This document shows positions 29,373 through 38,371 of a stretch of 63,694 nucleotides of DNA, one piece after another. A program made the position numbers and the translations under genes. The DNA lies in contig JANRLW010000073.1 in NCBI GenBank assembly GCA_033762295.1, forward strand, positions 1-63,694, in the 5' to 3' direction. The stretch comes from Capsulimonadales bacterium (GTDB taxonomy: Bacteria > Armatimonadota > Armatimonadia > Armatimonadales > Armatimonadaceae). The notes below the pieces were generated by a model that worked only from the letters and a program-made list of their open reading frames with translations, did not search any database and had not been told where the DNA came from. Every line of letters begins with the position of its first letter. Position 1 is the stretch's first letter.

Positions 29373-29444
29373 CTCCCGGTAGTGGATTCGAACCACTGAC
29401 ACCCCAGTTAACAGCCGGGTGCTCTGCCGCTGAGCTAACCGGGA
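29373..29444 (-). tRNA. trnN: tRNA-Asn(GTT)
   Basis: TCCCGGTTAGCTCAGCGGCAGAGCACCCGGCTGTTAACTGGGGTGTCAGTGGTTCGAATCCACTACCGGGAG cloverleaf. Confidence 0.95.
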
Positions 29445-29455
29445 ACGGCAGGTGT

Positions 29456-29484
29456 TTTATATCACGACACTATCACCCCGTCAA
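29456..29484 (-). promoter_or_regulatory. tRNA-Asn promoter overlapping the panD stop
   Basis: TTGACG-17 nt-TATAAA with an extended TG. Confidence 0.55.
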
Positions 29485-29873
29485 GAAAATTCCACGACCG
29501 CCTCCCGGAGAGGCAAATAGGGCGCATACCCCGTAAAACGGTTCGCTTCGTCGACAAAACCGACCCGCGTTTCGACCGACGAAGGATCGTCCGTCAGGGC
29601 GAAAGAGGCGACGATCACCTTATCTCCGACCCGACAGCGCAACGCCGCCGGACCGTTCATACAGATCACGCCCGAGCCGCGCTCCCCGACGATCGTGTAG
29701 GTCTGCAAACGCTCGCCATTGGTCACATTCCAGACATGTACCAGTTCGCCCGGATACATCCCTACCCGCTCCATCAAGTCCGCATCGATAGTGATCGAAC
29801 CGATATAGTTGACGTTCGCTTCCGTGATCGTCACGTGATGCAGTTTCGCCGCCAGTATCTGCCTGAATTGCAT
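29481..29873 (-). CDS. panD: aspartate 1-decarboxylase
   Basis: KLHHVTITEANVNYIGSITID (Gly-Ser cleavage site), NGERLQTY, ICMNGPAA. Confidence 0.96.
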   Translation of the reverse strand: MQFRQILAAKLHHVTITEANVNYIGSITIDADLMERVGMYPGELVHVWNVTNGERLQTYTIVGERGSGVICMNGPAALRCRVGDKVIVASFALTDDPSSVETRVGFVDEANRFTGYAPYLPLREAVVEFS

Positions 29874-30140
29874 TGGTTGTTTCCCCGGATCGCCCCGCCC
29901 ACACCGCCGGTCACGCTCAGAAGGTCAGTATAGCGCGTGCCGCCTGCCGACGCAACCGACCGAAATGAAGGAAAAATTCCTCACGGAAACCAATCAAATT
30001 GGCGACGTTCGATTGCCGTACGTCGTCTAAATAAGCGGTCGGACAATTCGAGCGACGGTCCCATCTACGGGACACACACCAGGGGGAACGGTTCCATGTG
30101 GCGAGCGGGAATGTGGTACGACGACGAACGAACGACGACG

Positions 30141-30947
30141 ATGGGCTACCTCCGGAACGGCGCCATCGTTCTCGCCGGCTTCCTCGTGACGGGCGTTATC
30201 TTTCTGGTTCTCCAGCGCAGCCTCGACAATATGAACAAGCGCATCTCCGGCACCTATAACAGGGCCGGGGAGACGGAAGGCACTGCTCCCACCTTCGCCC
30301 CGATCAACGCGCCTCAGTCCGCGTATCCCCGGGTCAACGCCGTCTATTCCCCGGTCGCCGGTTCCTACGCCGCCCCGTCCTACGCCAATCCGTCCGCTAC
30401 CCCGGTCGGTTCCGCACCCGTTGCCGCGCCGGTCTACAACGTCCCGGTGGCGTATTCCCTGTTCTCCAGCGATGCCGAACGTCGACAGGCGCGCCTCGCC
30501 GTCTCCGACCTCCGCGTCGCTTTGAAGGATTTCAAGGACTATAACACTCGAACACTGCCCGGAACGCTCTCCGGGAGCGCCGGTTCCCGCCCCCTGACCG
30601 CGATCACCGAGGATGGCGACGCCGGGACCGTCGCACTGGACGGTTATGACCCGGCCCGGCAGGAAGCGATGGTCGACCGCGTCGGCAAAGAGACGGAAGC
30701 CCTCGGGTCTCTCCTCTCCCTGACCGCGCACCCGGATCGCTTTCCCGAACCGCTCCGCGACCATGTCGGCGTCGTCTCCCGCGAACTCCGAACCTACCTG
30801 CAAAACGTTCGCTACGCGGTCGCCTTGCCGGACGAACGCTCCCGCCTTATGTCGCTCGCCTCGCAACACCTGACCCGGGGCGAAACCGCCCTGCAGGAAA
30901 TGGAACGCGCGGTCGGCGGGACGACCGGCGGCCCGAACATCCCGTAG
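30141..30947 (+). CDS. hypothetical protein with N-terminal TM and Pro/Ala/Tyr-rich linker
   Basis: Genome-typical codon usage; hydrophobic IVLAGFLVTGVIFLVL; start uncertain. Confidence 0.7.
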   Translation: MGYLRNGAIVLAGFLVTGVIFLVLQRSLDNMNKRISGTYNRAGETEGTAPTFAPINAPQSAYPRVNAVYSPVAGSYAAPSYANPSATPVGSAPVAAPVYNVPVAYSLFSSDAERRQARLAVSDLRVALKDFKDYNTRTLPGTLSGSAGSRPLTAITEDGDAGTVALDGYDPARQEAMVDRVGKETEALGSLLSLTAHPDRFPEPLRDHVGVVSRELRTYLQNVRYAVALPDERSRLMSLASQHLTRGETALQEMERAVGGTTGGPNIP

Positions 30948-30969
30948 GCTCTGGTCCCGGTTCCCGGCT

Positions 30970-32007
30970 TCAGGCCCCCGGCACGCCGAACGGGATCAGC
31001 ATCCCGGTCGGCCGCAACGGCGTCTCCCCCTCCGGCGAGTCCCACCGGAACTCCCGTATCCCTTCGCCTCGTTCGGGCGGGGTCGGATATCGAAGCCCGG
31101 CCCCGACACCCTTTTCCCGTGCCGGATCGAGCCAGCGGGAAACGCAAACAAAAGCCTTCGGGACGGGTTGGCCGCCGTAATGAGCGGAAAAGAAGGAACG
31201 CGCCAGATCCGAAGATTCGCGGAAAGCCGGTTCCTCGGGCAGTTCACCGTCCGGAAGGTGGATCTCCAGTATCGGGTCGCCCGCCTGCAGGAACGGTTCC
31301 CACTCGGAACGCAGGAGCGTCCGCGTCTCCTGCGTCGCCAGTCCCCGATCGGAAATCCCGCAACCCGACACCGCCTCCGCGTCCTCCCGCACTTCGGCGG
31401 TCAGCGCGCCCGGAGCGTCGGTCTCCGTTCGGTAGCCCGCCGCGTCATAGGCCGCTCCGTGCGCCGCCAGCGCCGTCAACTCACCGGTTTGCCTATGTCG
31501 AAACGCCAGTACCTCGCCCGGAAAGGTCCCGCGGACGAACTCCAGCGCACCCAGTCGGTACAGTTCGCCGGAAGCGAGGAGGCGAAACCAGGGAAGCAGG
31601 GAGCGATCGATGCCGAGCGGGCGATCCACGGTTCCATGGACCGATTTCCAACGGGCGACCGCCGTTCCGATATCGCGACAGGTCGCCCGCGTGATGCTCT
31701 CGTCCACTTTTCGTAACGCATGGGCTACCCGAACGCTCGGAAGCGCGGCCAGAGCGATCAGCAGGCAGAAGGCGGGTTCCTCCTCCGCCGGCGGCTGCCA
31801 CCCGGAAAGATCGTCGTATCCCCCCTCGGCGTTCCGTTCGTAGAGAAGATCCGCTCCCTGTTCGCACAGAGCCGCAAGCTTTTTGTCCTTTCGCACCCGC
31901 GCCACCAATGCCGCCAGCGCCGCTTCCTCCTCCGCCGGTAGACCGGACCACTCACGCAGGGCAGGTACGGCTTTTGCCTCAGGTAACCACATTCTCTCCG
32001 GCACCAA
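30970..32007 (-). CDS. GNAT-like acyltransferase domain protein (DUF5596-like), divergent
   Basis: TRATCRDIG, LYRLGALEF, ILEIHLP and FVCVSRWLDP resemble the family motifs LGRLQF/IHIP/CxSWLLDP. Confidence 0.68.
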   Translation of the reverse strand: MVPERMWLPEAKAVPALREWSGLPAEEEAALAALVARVRKDKKLAALCEQGADLLYERNAEGGYDDLSGWQPPAEEEPAFCLLIALAALPSVRVAHALRKVDESITRATCRDIGTAVARWKSVHGTVDRPLGIDRSLLPWFRLLASGELYRLGALEFVRGTFPGEVLAFRHRQTGELTALAAHGAAYDAAGYRTETDAPGALTAEVREDAEAVSGCGISDRGLATQETRTLLRSEWEPFLQAGDPILEIHLPDGELPEEPAFRESSDLARSFFSAHYGGQPVPKAFVCVSRWLDPAREKGVGAGLRYPTPPERGEGIREFRWDSPEGETPLRPTGMLIPFGVPGA

Positions 32008-32293
32008 CCCTGAAAACAGGGCACATCCTTCCAGTTGATATCGCCTGTATATGTTGCGAACGACCTGAGACGATTCCTGCCGAATACCGATTTTATTGTG
32101 GCCTCACGTTTCGCTCCGGAATCGCCCCCTTTCCGGACCCGACCGACTGCCCGAATTTGCTATTTTGATTGCCGATCCGGAACGATTTACGGTACGTTAA
32201 CGGTATACCGGGCGGGAATCTTCCCCTCGCGGATACCATATCAAAAGTATCGAAACGACATCGGGAGCTTTTGCCCCCGGAAGCGGTGCCGGA

Positions 32294-32812
32294 ATGACCG
32301 AGAGATTCAACAACCATATTCGAGTTTTTCTTGCCGGAATGATGATTGGCCTGCCGTCGATCGGCGCGACCCAGCCCGGAGGCGATACCGACTTTGCCCG
32401 CATTCGATCCGCGGCGGTCGAACCGAACCCGGTGACGCCGGGGAAAAAGGCAACCCTCACCGTGACCGTTGCCATCGCCGAAGGGTTTCATATCAATGCC
32501 AACCAGCCGGGCAGCGATATGTACATCCCGACGGTGCTGACCGTCTCCGCGCCAAAGACCGCCGGAATCACCCTCGGTCCCGTCGTCTATCCGAAGCCCC
32601 GGACCATCCCGGTTTCCTTCGATCCCAAACCGCTCAAAGCCTACGAGGAGACGATCACGATCACCGTCCCGGTGACGGTCCCATCGAACGCCAAACCCGG
32701 CGTGGTCCGACTCTCCGGTTCGCTGCGGGCGCAGGGTTGTAACGATACCACCTGTTTTCCGCCGAAAACCTTTCCGATAGCCGTCCGACTGACCATTGCC
32801 GGAGGTAAATAA
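32294..32812 (+). CDS. exported DsbD N-terminal (Ig-like) domain protein
   Basis: Signal-like N-terminus; IAEGFHIN, YPKP, QGCNDTTCFPP Cys pair. Confidence 0.85.
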   Translation: MTERFNNHIRVFLAGMMIGLPSIGATQPGGDTDFARIRSAAVEPNPVTPGKKATLTVTVAIAEGFHINANQPGSDMYIPTVLTVSAPKTAGITLGPVVYPKPRTIPVSFDPKPLKAYEETITITVPVTVPSNAKPGVVRLSGSLRAQGCNDTTCFPPKTFPIAVRLTIAGGK

Positions 32813-32815
32813 TTG

Positions 32816-34909
32816 ATGCGACGTTCGCTTTCCGTTCTGGCCGTTCTCGCGATGCTCGTCCTGGCGGTTCCGTCGTTCGCTCAGAATCTTCTGAAGCGTC
32901 CCGATCCGGTACATTTCACCGCGACCGTGCAACCCTCTCCCGTCCGCGCCGGAGAGTATGTTCGCGTGACGTTGAACGCGGTTATTGACAGCCCCTACCA
33001 TCTGTACTCTATTATCCCACCCGATAAAGAGAGCATACTGCCGACCACCCTTCAGATCACCCTCGGCGATTGGAAGCCGGTCGGACCGGTGACCGAATCA
33101 CCGGCCGAGCGCAAACCGACCAAATTCGGCGCGGAGATGGTCGAGATCGGCACTCACGAAAAGAGCGCGACCTTCACCCAGGTCTTTCAGGTGCCGAAGA
33201 CCGCCTCCGGCAATGTTACGCCCGTCATTTCCGCCCGATATCAGGCGTGCGATGCCACCTCCTGCCTCCCGCCGGTGACCAAGAAACCGGAGGTCGCCCT
33301 CCTCACCATCGAGCCGGGAGAACCGCGCCCTGAGTTCGCACAGCCTCCCACCCCGGAAAACGTCACTCCGGCGACCGCCGTACCGTCGGCTTCCCTCCCC
33401 TCGGCGACTCCGACCGCCCCGAAGTCCGAATCCACCGGCCTCCTTCCCTTCCTGGCCGCCGCCTTTGGCGCGGGTCTGCTTGCCCTGCTGACGCCGTGCG
33501 TCTTTCCGATGATTCCGGTCACCCTGGCCTACTTTACGAAGCAGGCTTTGAAACCGGGCGCCACCGAAGACCCCAACGCCGAAGCGGTCAAACCCAAGCA
33601 GGCAACGCAACCGGACGTCACCGGAAACCCCAACACAGGAGTGGTCAAACTCGCGACAATCTACTCACTCAAGCAGGAAACGCAACCGGACGTCACCGGA
33701 AACCCCAACGCCGGAGTGGTCAAGCTCGCGACAATCTACTCGCTCGGAATTATCGGGGCGTTCACCGGAATCGGCGCGATCCTCGCCGCCACCATCGGCG
33801 CGGCCGGCGCGACCCGTGTCGCCGCCAACCCCTGGACCAACCTGGCGTTCGCCATCCTCTTCATCGTCTTCGGCCTCGCGTTGCTGGAAGTCTTCGAACT
33901 GCGACTGCCGGCCGGACTGCAAAACCTTACCGGCAAAGGACGCCAGGTAGGCGGAACCCTCGGCGTCCTGCTGATGGGCCTGACCTTCGTCATCGCCGCG
34001 TTCACCTGCACCGCGCCGTTCGTCGGCACCGTGCTCGTCGCCGCCTCCACTGCGTCCTCCGGCGCGGAATGGCTTCGCCCGATCCTCGGTATGGCGACAT
34101 TCGCCACCGCGCTGGCCCTCCCGTTCTTCCTTCTCGCGCTGTTCCCCGGATGGCTGGCGAAGATGCCGAAGTCCGGCGCCTGGCTGACCACCGTCAAGGG
34201 AACGATGGGCTTTCTCGAACTGGCGGCGGCGATCAAGTTCCTCTCCAACACCGACCTCGTCTGGAACTGGCAGGTACTGACCCGCCCCGTCATGCTGACC
34301 CTCTGGATTCTGATCGCCGTACTCGCCGGTCTCTGGCTGTTCGGCGTCCTGCGTCTGGGAGAAAACAGTCCGGAGGGGCGGCCTTCGGTTCTTCGCGGAG
34401 CCACCGCCTCCGCCTTCCTGGCGGTCGCTCTCTACTTCCTGGTCGGTCTGACCGGGCGTCCGCTATTGGGCTGGCTGAATGCCTTTCTGCCTCCCGCCGA
34501 ATATGGCCTCCCTACCGGCAAGGGAGCCGCCCTGCCGTCCGGACAACTGGCGTTCCACGACACGCTGGACAAAGCGCTGGCCGCCGCGAAAGCCGAAAAC
34601 AAACCGATCTTCATCGACTTCACCGGTATCACCTGTCTGAACTGCCGCGACATGGAGGATAATGTCTTCCCGATTCCGGAGGTTAAACAGGAGCTGGAGA
34701 AGTTCGTCCGTGTCCGGCTGTACACCGACGACGAAAAGATCCAGAAGTATCAGGAGGAGACGTTCCGGACGGTCGCCCTGCCGCTCTACGGCATCCTGAA
34801 TCCGGACGGAACCCCCGTCGACAGCATCCCCTACACGCCCGATGCCGGAACCTTCGCACAGTTCCTCCGACAGACCCGGGAGCGTCAGGTAGCCGACGCC
34901 GGTCGCTAA
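32816..34909 (+). CDS. dsbD: protein-disulfide reductase DsbD family (N domain + TM + thioredoxin)
   Basis: YQACDATSCLPP; LTPCVFPMIP and FTCTAPF TM cysteines; IDFTGITCLNCR. Confidence 0.92.
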   Translation: MRRSLSVLAVLAMLVLAVPSFAQNLLKRPDPVHFTATVQPSPVRAGEYVRVTLNAVIDSPYHLYSIIPPDKESILPTTLQITLGDWKPVGPVTESPAERKPTKFGAEMVEIGTHEKSATFTQVFQVPKTASGNVTPVISARYQACDATSCLPPVTKKPEVALLTIEPGEPRPEFAQPPTPENVTPATAVPSASLPSATPTAPKSESTGLLPFLAAAFGAGLLALLTPCVFPMIPVTLAYFTKQALKPGATEDPNAEAVKPKQATQPDVTGNPNTGVVKLATIYSLKQETQPDVTGNPNAGVVKLATIYSLGIIGAFTGIGAILAATIGAAGATRVAANPWTNLAFAILFIVFGLALLEVFELRLPAGLQNLTGKGRQVGGTLGVLLMGLTFVIAAFTCTAPFVGTVLVAASTASSGAEWLRPILGMATFATALALPFFLLALFPGWLAKMPKSGAWLTTVKGTMGFLELAAAIKFLSNTDLVWNWQVLTRPVMLTLWILIAVLAGLWLFGVLRLGENSPEGRPSVLRGATASAFLAVALYFLVGLTGRPLLGWLNAFLPPAEYGLPTGKGAALPSGQLAFHDTLDKALAAAKAENKPIFIDFTGITCLNCRDMEDNVFPIPEVKQELEKFVRVRLYTDDEKIQKYQEETFRTVALPLYGILNPDGTPVDSIPYTPDAGTFAQFLRQTRERQVADAGR
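33596..33745 (+). repeat. 75-bp in-frame tandem duplication inside dsbD
   Basis: KQATQPDVTGNPNTGVVKLATIYSL / KQETQPDVTGNPNAGVVKLATIYSL, 5 nt differences. Confidence 0.92.
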
Positions 34910-34950
34910 CGTCCGATTTCCGACGTTCGCTTCAGCGGCTTCAACGAAAC

Positions 34951-34986
34951 ACGGCCTCCGGGACAGAAGTCCCGGAGGCCGTTTTT
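34951..34986 (+). terminator. intrinsic terminator
   Basis: ACGGCCTCCGGGAC-AGAA-GTCCCGGAGGCCGT followed by TTTT. Confidence 0.85.
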
Positions 34987-35027
34987 GATTTTTGATGCGT
35001 CGTTTTACGCGTTCGTGGAGAGCCGTC

Positions 35028-35777
35028 TTACTCCCAGGGCAGTCCGGCATCGCCTGACTGCGCCGGTTTGGTCGGTTCCGGTTCCGCCTGCTTCTCGCGT
35101 TTCGGCCCGACCGGCACCTCGGCCACATCGATCGTGCCCATTCGCCCGGACCCGGTCGCGGCAGTCGGCGTTTGACCGACTCCGCCGACCGCGCTTCCAT
35201 CGGCGGCGGGAGTTCGAGCCGCCATCGCCGGGTTCACCGGAACCCGATACGGCAGCGCGCAGTACAGTTCCACATCGTTCGACTCGACGTCCAACAATGC
35301 CGTGGCGTTCGCCGGAATCTTTCGGGGCAGCAACCGGTCATCGGCGTTCACATGTTTGTGAACCATATCGCCGTTCGGAAGAGAGACCTGGTAGGTCACG
35401 CTCCGTCCGAACCGGTAATCGCCGCTCATATTTTCAGCCGACAGAATACGGGCCATCACCGGAGCGCCGTTCTTTACCAGATGCTCACCGCGCGCCAGAT
35501 ACCGCTGGGTCAGATAGGGTCCGAGGAAACCGATGATGCCCGCTCCGCCGAGGGTAATCAAGATACCCAGAATGGTGTATAAAACGGTGCCCACGTTCAG
35601 ACCGGCGATCAGGAGAACCACCCCGCCCACCGCCAGTGCGCCGCCCGCGCCGTACATCAGCATCGGATTCGGACGGTTGAGATCGGGAAACTCCGATCGT
35701 ACGATGCGACGTGGCGGCAGTTCCGTCAGTTCCGGTTCCACCGTCCAGTTTTCCTGCACATTAACTTCCATAGACAT
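35028..35777 (-). CDS. hypothetical two-TM membrane protein with beta-rich soluble domain
   Basis: Two hydrophobic helices, then GAPVMARILSAE...VTYQV; genome-typical codon usage. Confidence 0.75.
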   Translation of the reverse strand: MSMEVNVQENWTVEPELTELPPRRIVRSEFPDLNRPNPMLMYGAGGALAVGGVVLLIAGLNVGTVLYTILGILITLGGAGIIGFLGPYLTQRYLARGEHLVKNGAPVMARILSAENMSGDYRFGRSVTYQVSLPNGDMVHKHVNADDRLLPRKIPANATALLDVESNDVELYCALPYRVPVNPAMAARTPAADGSAVGGVGQTPTAATGSGRMGTIDVAEVPVGPKREKQAEPEPTKPAQSGDAGLPWE

Positions 35778-35948
35778 GAGCAGTCCGTCCTTACATCCTC
35801 CTGAATTTTCGCCTTTCGCCCCACGATTCTCCGGCAACGCAACCGTCAAGCTCCGTCGTTCGAAAGGCACTTTGGAAGTTATTCACGACGGATAACCGGA
35901 ATTCCTGCGCTCCGGTATTTCTTCCCCGCAAGCGTCTTGGAAACCTCT

Positions 35949-36503
35949 TTACACAAAGGTTATCTTTCGTCTTTCATTCTCGGTTGAAGCCGGTCCGCGG
36001 ACGATGAATCGGGCGATTATTTCCGATAATTGCTCCGGGTCGAACGGTTTGGTGACATAGGCATCGACACCCGCGTCGAGGCCCCGTTCGCGATCCTCAT
36101 CCTGCGCCCGCGCGGTCAGCATCAGTATCGGGGTCGCCTTCAGTTCAGGGTCGTTTCGCAGAATGGTCACCACCCCCAGGCCGTCCAGCCTCGGCATCAT
36201 GACATCGAGCAGGATCAGGTCGGGACGCTCCGACCGGGCGACCGCCAGCGCCTCCTCACCGTTCAAAGCCGTCAACACCGTGTAGCCCTGACGCACCAGT
36301 AGAAACTCCATAAGGCGGAGCAGGGGCGGTTCGTCATCGGCGACCAGAACCTTTCCACGGGATACGATCGGGGCTTTTGCGGACGTCGCTTCGCGACGCT
36401 CGGTTTCCGCTGCGGTCGACGCAACGGAAGGCGTTTCGGTTCTCTCCAGCATCTCGCTCACATTCACCTTTCTCTCTTCCAACCCTCTTGATTCGTTTCC
36501 CAT
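35949..36503 (-). CDS. single-domain response regulator (REC)
   Basis: VLVADDE, PDLILLDVMMPRLDG, MLTARA, YVTKPF; start uncertain. Confidence 0.9.
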   Translation of the reverse strand: MGNESRGLEERKVNVSEMLERTETPSVASTAAETERREATSAKAPIVSRGKVLVADDEPPLLRLMEFLLVRQGYTVLTALNGEEALAVARSERPDLILLDVMMPRLDGLGVVTILRNDPELKATPILMLTARAQDEDRERGLDAGVDAYVTKPFDPEQLSEIIARFIVRGPASTENERRKITFV

Positions 36504-36630
36504 AGGACGGCCCCGGGGGCGGGACGTTCCCGGGCACGGTTCCCCACCGTCGCCTCATCAAATTTGACGAGCGCGCCGGGGCGGAAAGTTCGGGATTCGT
36601 GCTGTCATTTTTTACCGACGATCATAGCCG

Positions 36631-36662
36631 AAAAAAGAAAGGCCCGCGATTTCGCGGACCTT
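36631..36662 (-). terminator. putative intrinsic terminator after the TPR gene
   Basis: AAGGTCCGCGA / TCGCGGGCCTT stem followed by TCTTTTTT on the minus strand. Confidence 0.6.
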
Positions 36663-36695
36663 CCCCGGCGCCGTCCCCGGCCGAAACGACCGGAT

Positions 36696-37592
36696 TCAGT
36701 GGTAGACGTATTGCCGCCAGCCGGGAGGGCCGGACGGAAGGTTTTCGAACGACATCTGCATCAAAGTCGCCACGCCCCGCTCGGAGAGGAAGTAACCCCG
36801 TTCCGCCAGCGCATCATTTCCGTCGCGCTGCAGACGTAACCGAAACGGAACGTCCTCCACCGCCAGCGTCACGATCTGACGCAGTTGAAAGGTATCCAGC
36901 ATCTCCACGGCCACCCGGGATTCCTCGGCGACATCGGCGTCAGGCTGCATCTGGAGCACACGAAGAAAGGAGCGGATCGCCGCAGCGACATTCCCTTTCT
37001 GGTGCAATAAAACACCCCGCTTGAAATGGTTGGCGGGGTCGGTCGGATCGAGAAGAATCATCTCATCGGTAACGCGCAGAGCCTGGTCGACCAATCCGCG
37101 CTGAAGAAAGGCGGCGGAAAGTACATCACGGGCAAAGAGGGAGCGCGGAGACAGAGCGAGAAGTACATTGGCCTCGTCGATGGCCGAATCCCAGCGTCCC
37201 ATCTCCAGGTAGATATCGGCGAGGGCTTCCCGTGGGTCCGGGTCTCGCGGCGCCTGCTCCACCGCGGTTCGGAGCACCTCCACCGCTTCGGCGGCGCGAC
37301 AGGCGTCTCTCAGCAGCGAGGCCAGACGAAGATATCCCGAGACCGCTTCCGGCATCTGCTTGACCAGACGTTTCAAATGCGCCAGGGCTTTCGCCTTCTG
37401 ACCGGCCGCAATCAGGGCATCCGCCCGCCGTACGCTCCGGACTTCCCGTCCCGTCATCGCGGGACGCATGCGCAATACGCGACCACGCAACGTCTGAGAC
37501 GTGCCCGAAAGCGGCAGCATTCCGATCGGGGCGCTCGAACGACCGTTCTGAGACCCGTTCACAGAAATTTCCGGACCCGCTGAACTTTTCAT
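36696..37592 (-). CDS. TPR protein with C-terminal NHLP-leader-like (Os1348-like) domain
   Basis: Consecutive ~34-aa helical repeats; tail RQIVTLAVEDVPFRLRLQRDGNDALAERGYFLSE. Confidence 0.8.
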   Translation of the reverse strand: MKSSAGPEISVNGSQNGRSSAPIGMLPLSGTSQTLRGRVLRMRPAMTGREVRSVRRADALIAAGQKAKALAHLKRLVKQMPEAVSGYLRLASLLRDACRAAEAVEVLRTAVEQAPRDPDPREALADIYLEMGRWDSAIDEANVLLALSPRSLFARDVLSAAFLQRGLVDQALRVTDEMILLDPTDPANHFKRGVLLHQKGNVAAAIRSFLRVLQMQPDADVAEESRVAVEMLDTFQLRQIVTLAVEDVPFRLRLQRDGNDALAERGYFLSERGVATLMQMSFENLPSGPPGWRQYVYH

Positions 37593-37858
37593 AGACACTT
37601 CGCGCCGTCGTCTCCTCTCCCGCACCGCAACGGAGCCGTGACCGGAGCCCCTCTATTCCCGGTATCGGCAAACGACCGCCCGTTGCATGCGGAGCATCGA
37701 TTCATTATATCACGATGCCCCTCCCGGCATCGAACCCGGAAAAAGAAAACCGGGGGAATGCCCGGGCAGGCGGACAAACACCGTCTTCCCTGCGTCTCCA
37801 AATCCGAATATCCCCTGTTAAACGCCACTGATTTACGATATAATCGGCATCAACGGTC

Positions 37859-38287
37859 ATGGAAAAGACATACTCCGGTTCCGGAATCTCGCGAACTCGC
37901 AACACACAGCAGCGCAAAGCCGTCCTTCGCGCGGTTCAATCTCTGGCCGGTTCCCACCCCACCGCCGCCGATATCCATAACACGCTCCGCGAGGAACATC
38001 CGCAGATGTCGCTCGCGACCGTCTACCGCGCGCTTCACGCCCTCGTACGTCAAAACAGCGTCTGCGAAATGCGGATCGAAAACACCGCCCGCTACGATGC
38101 CGGCCCCTGCCCGCACCATCATCTAGTCTGCCGCCACTGCGGTTCCGTCACCGATATCTGCGCCGAATCGCTTCCCCCGACCGTTCTGCAAACGCTCAAA
38201 CTCCGGATTGCCGACACCGGTTTCACCCTGGACAACTACCCCGTCCAGTTCTCCGGCCTGTGCGCGAAATGCGCTTCGTCCGCGTAA
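37859..38287 (+). CDS. Fur/PerR family transcriptional repressor
   Basis: TQQRKAVL, HPTAADI, SLATVYRAL, HHHLVCRHCG, GLCAKC; TATAAT at 37839-37844. Confidence 0.93.
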   Translation: MEKTYSGSGISRTRNTQQRKAVLRAVQSLAGSHPTAADIHNTLREEHPQMSLATVYRALHALVRQNSVCEMRIENTARYDAGPCPHHHLVCRHCGSVTDICAESLPPTVLQTLKLRIADTGFTLDNYPVQFSGLCAKCASSA

Positions 38288-38371
38288 CCTCCTCGTTCGC
38301 ACGTATCGAAGCCTGTCGCTGCTTCCGGTTCCGCCCCGCAACGTAGAGTATCCGATTTCCGGAGGTATCCC

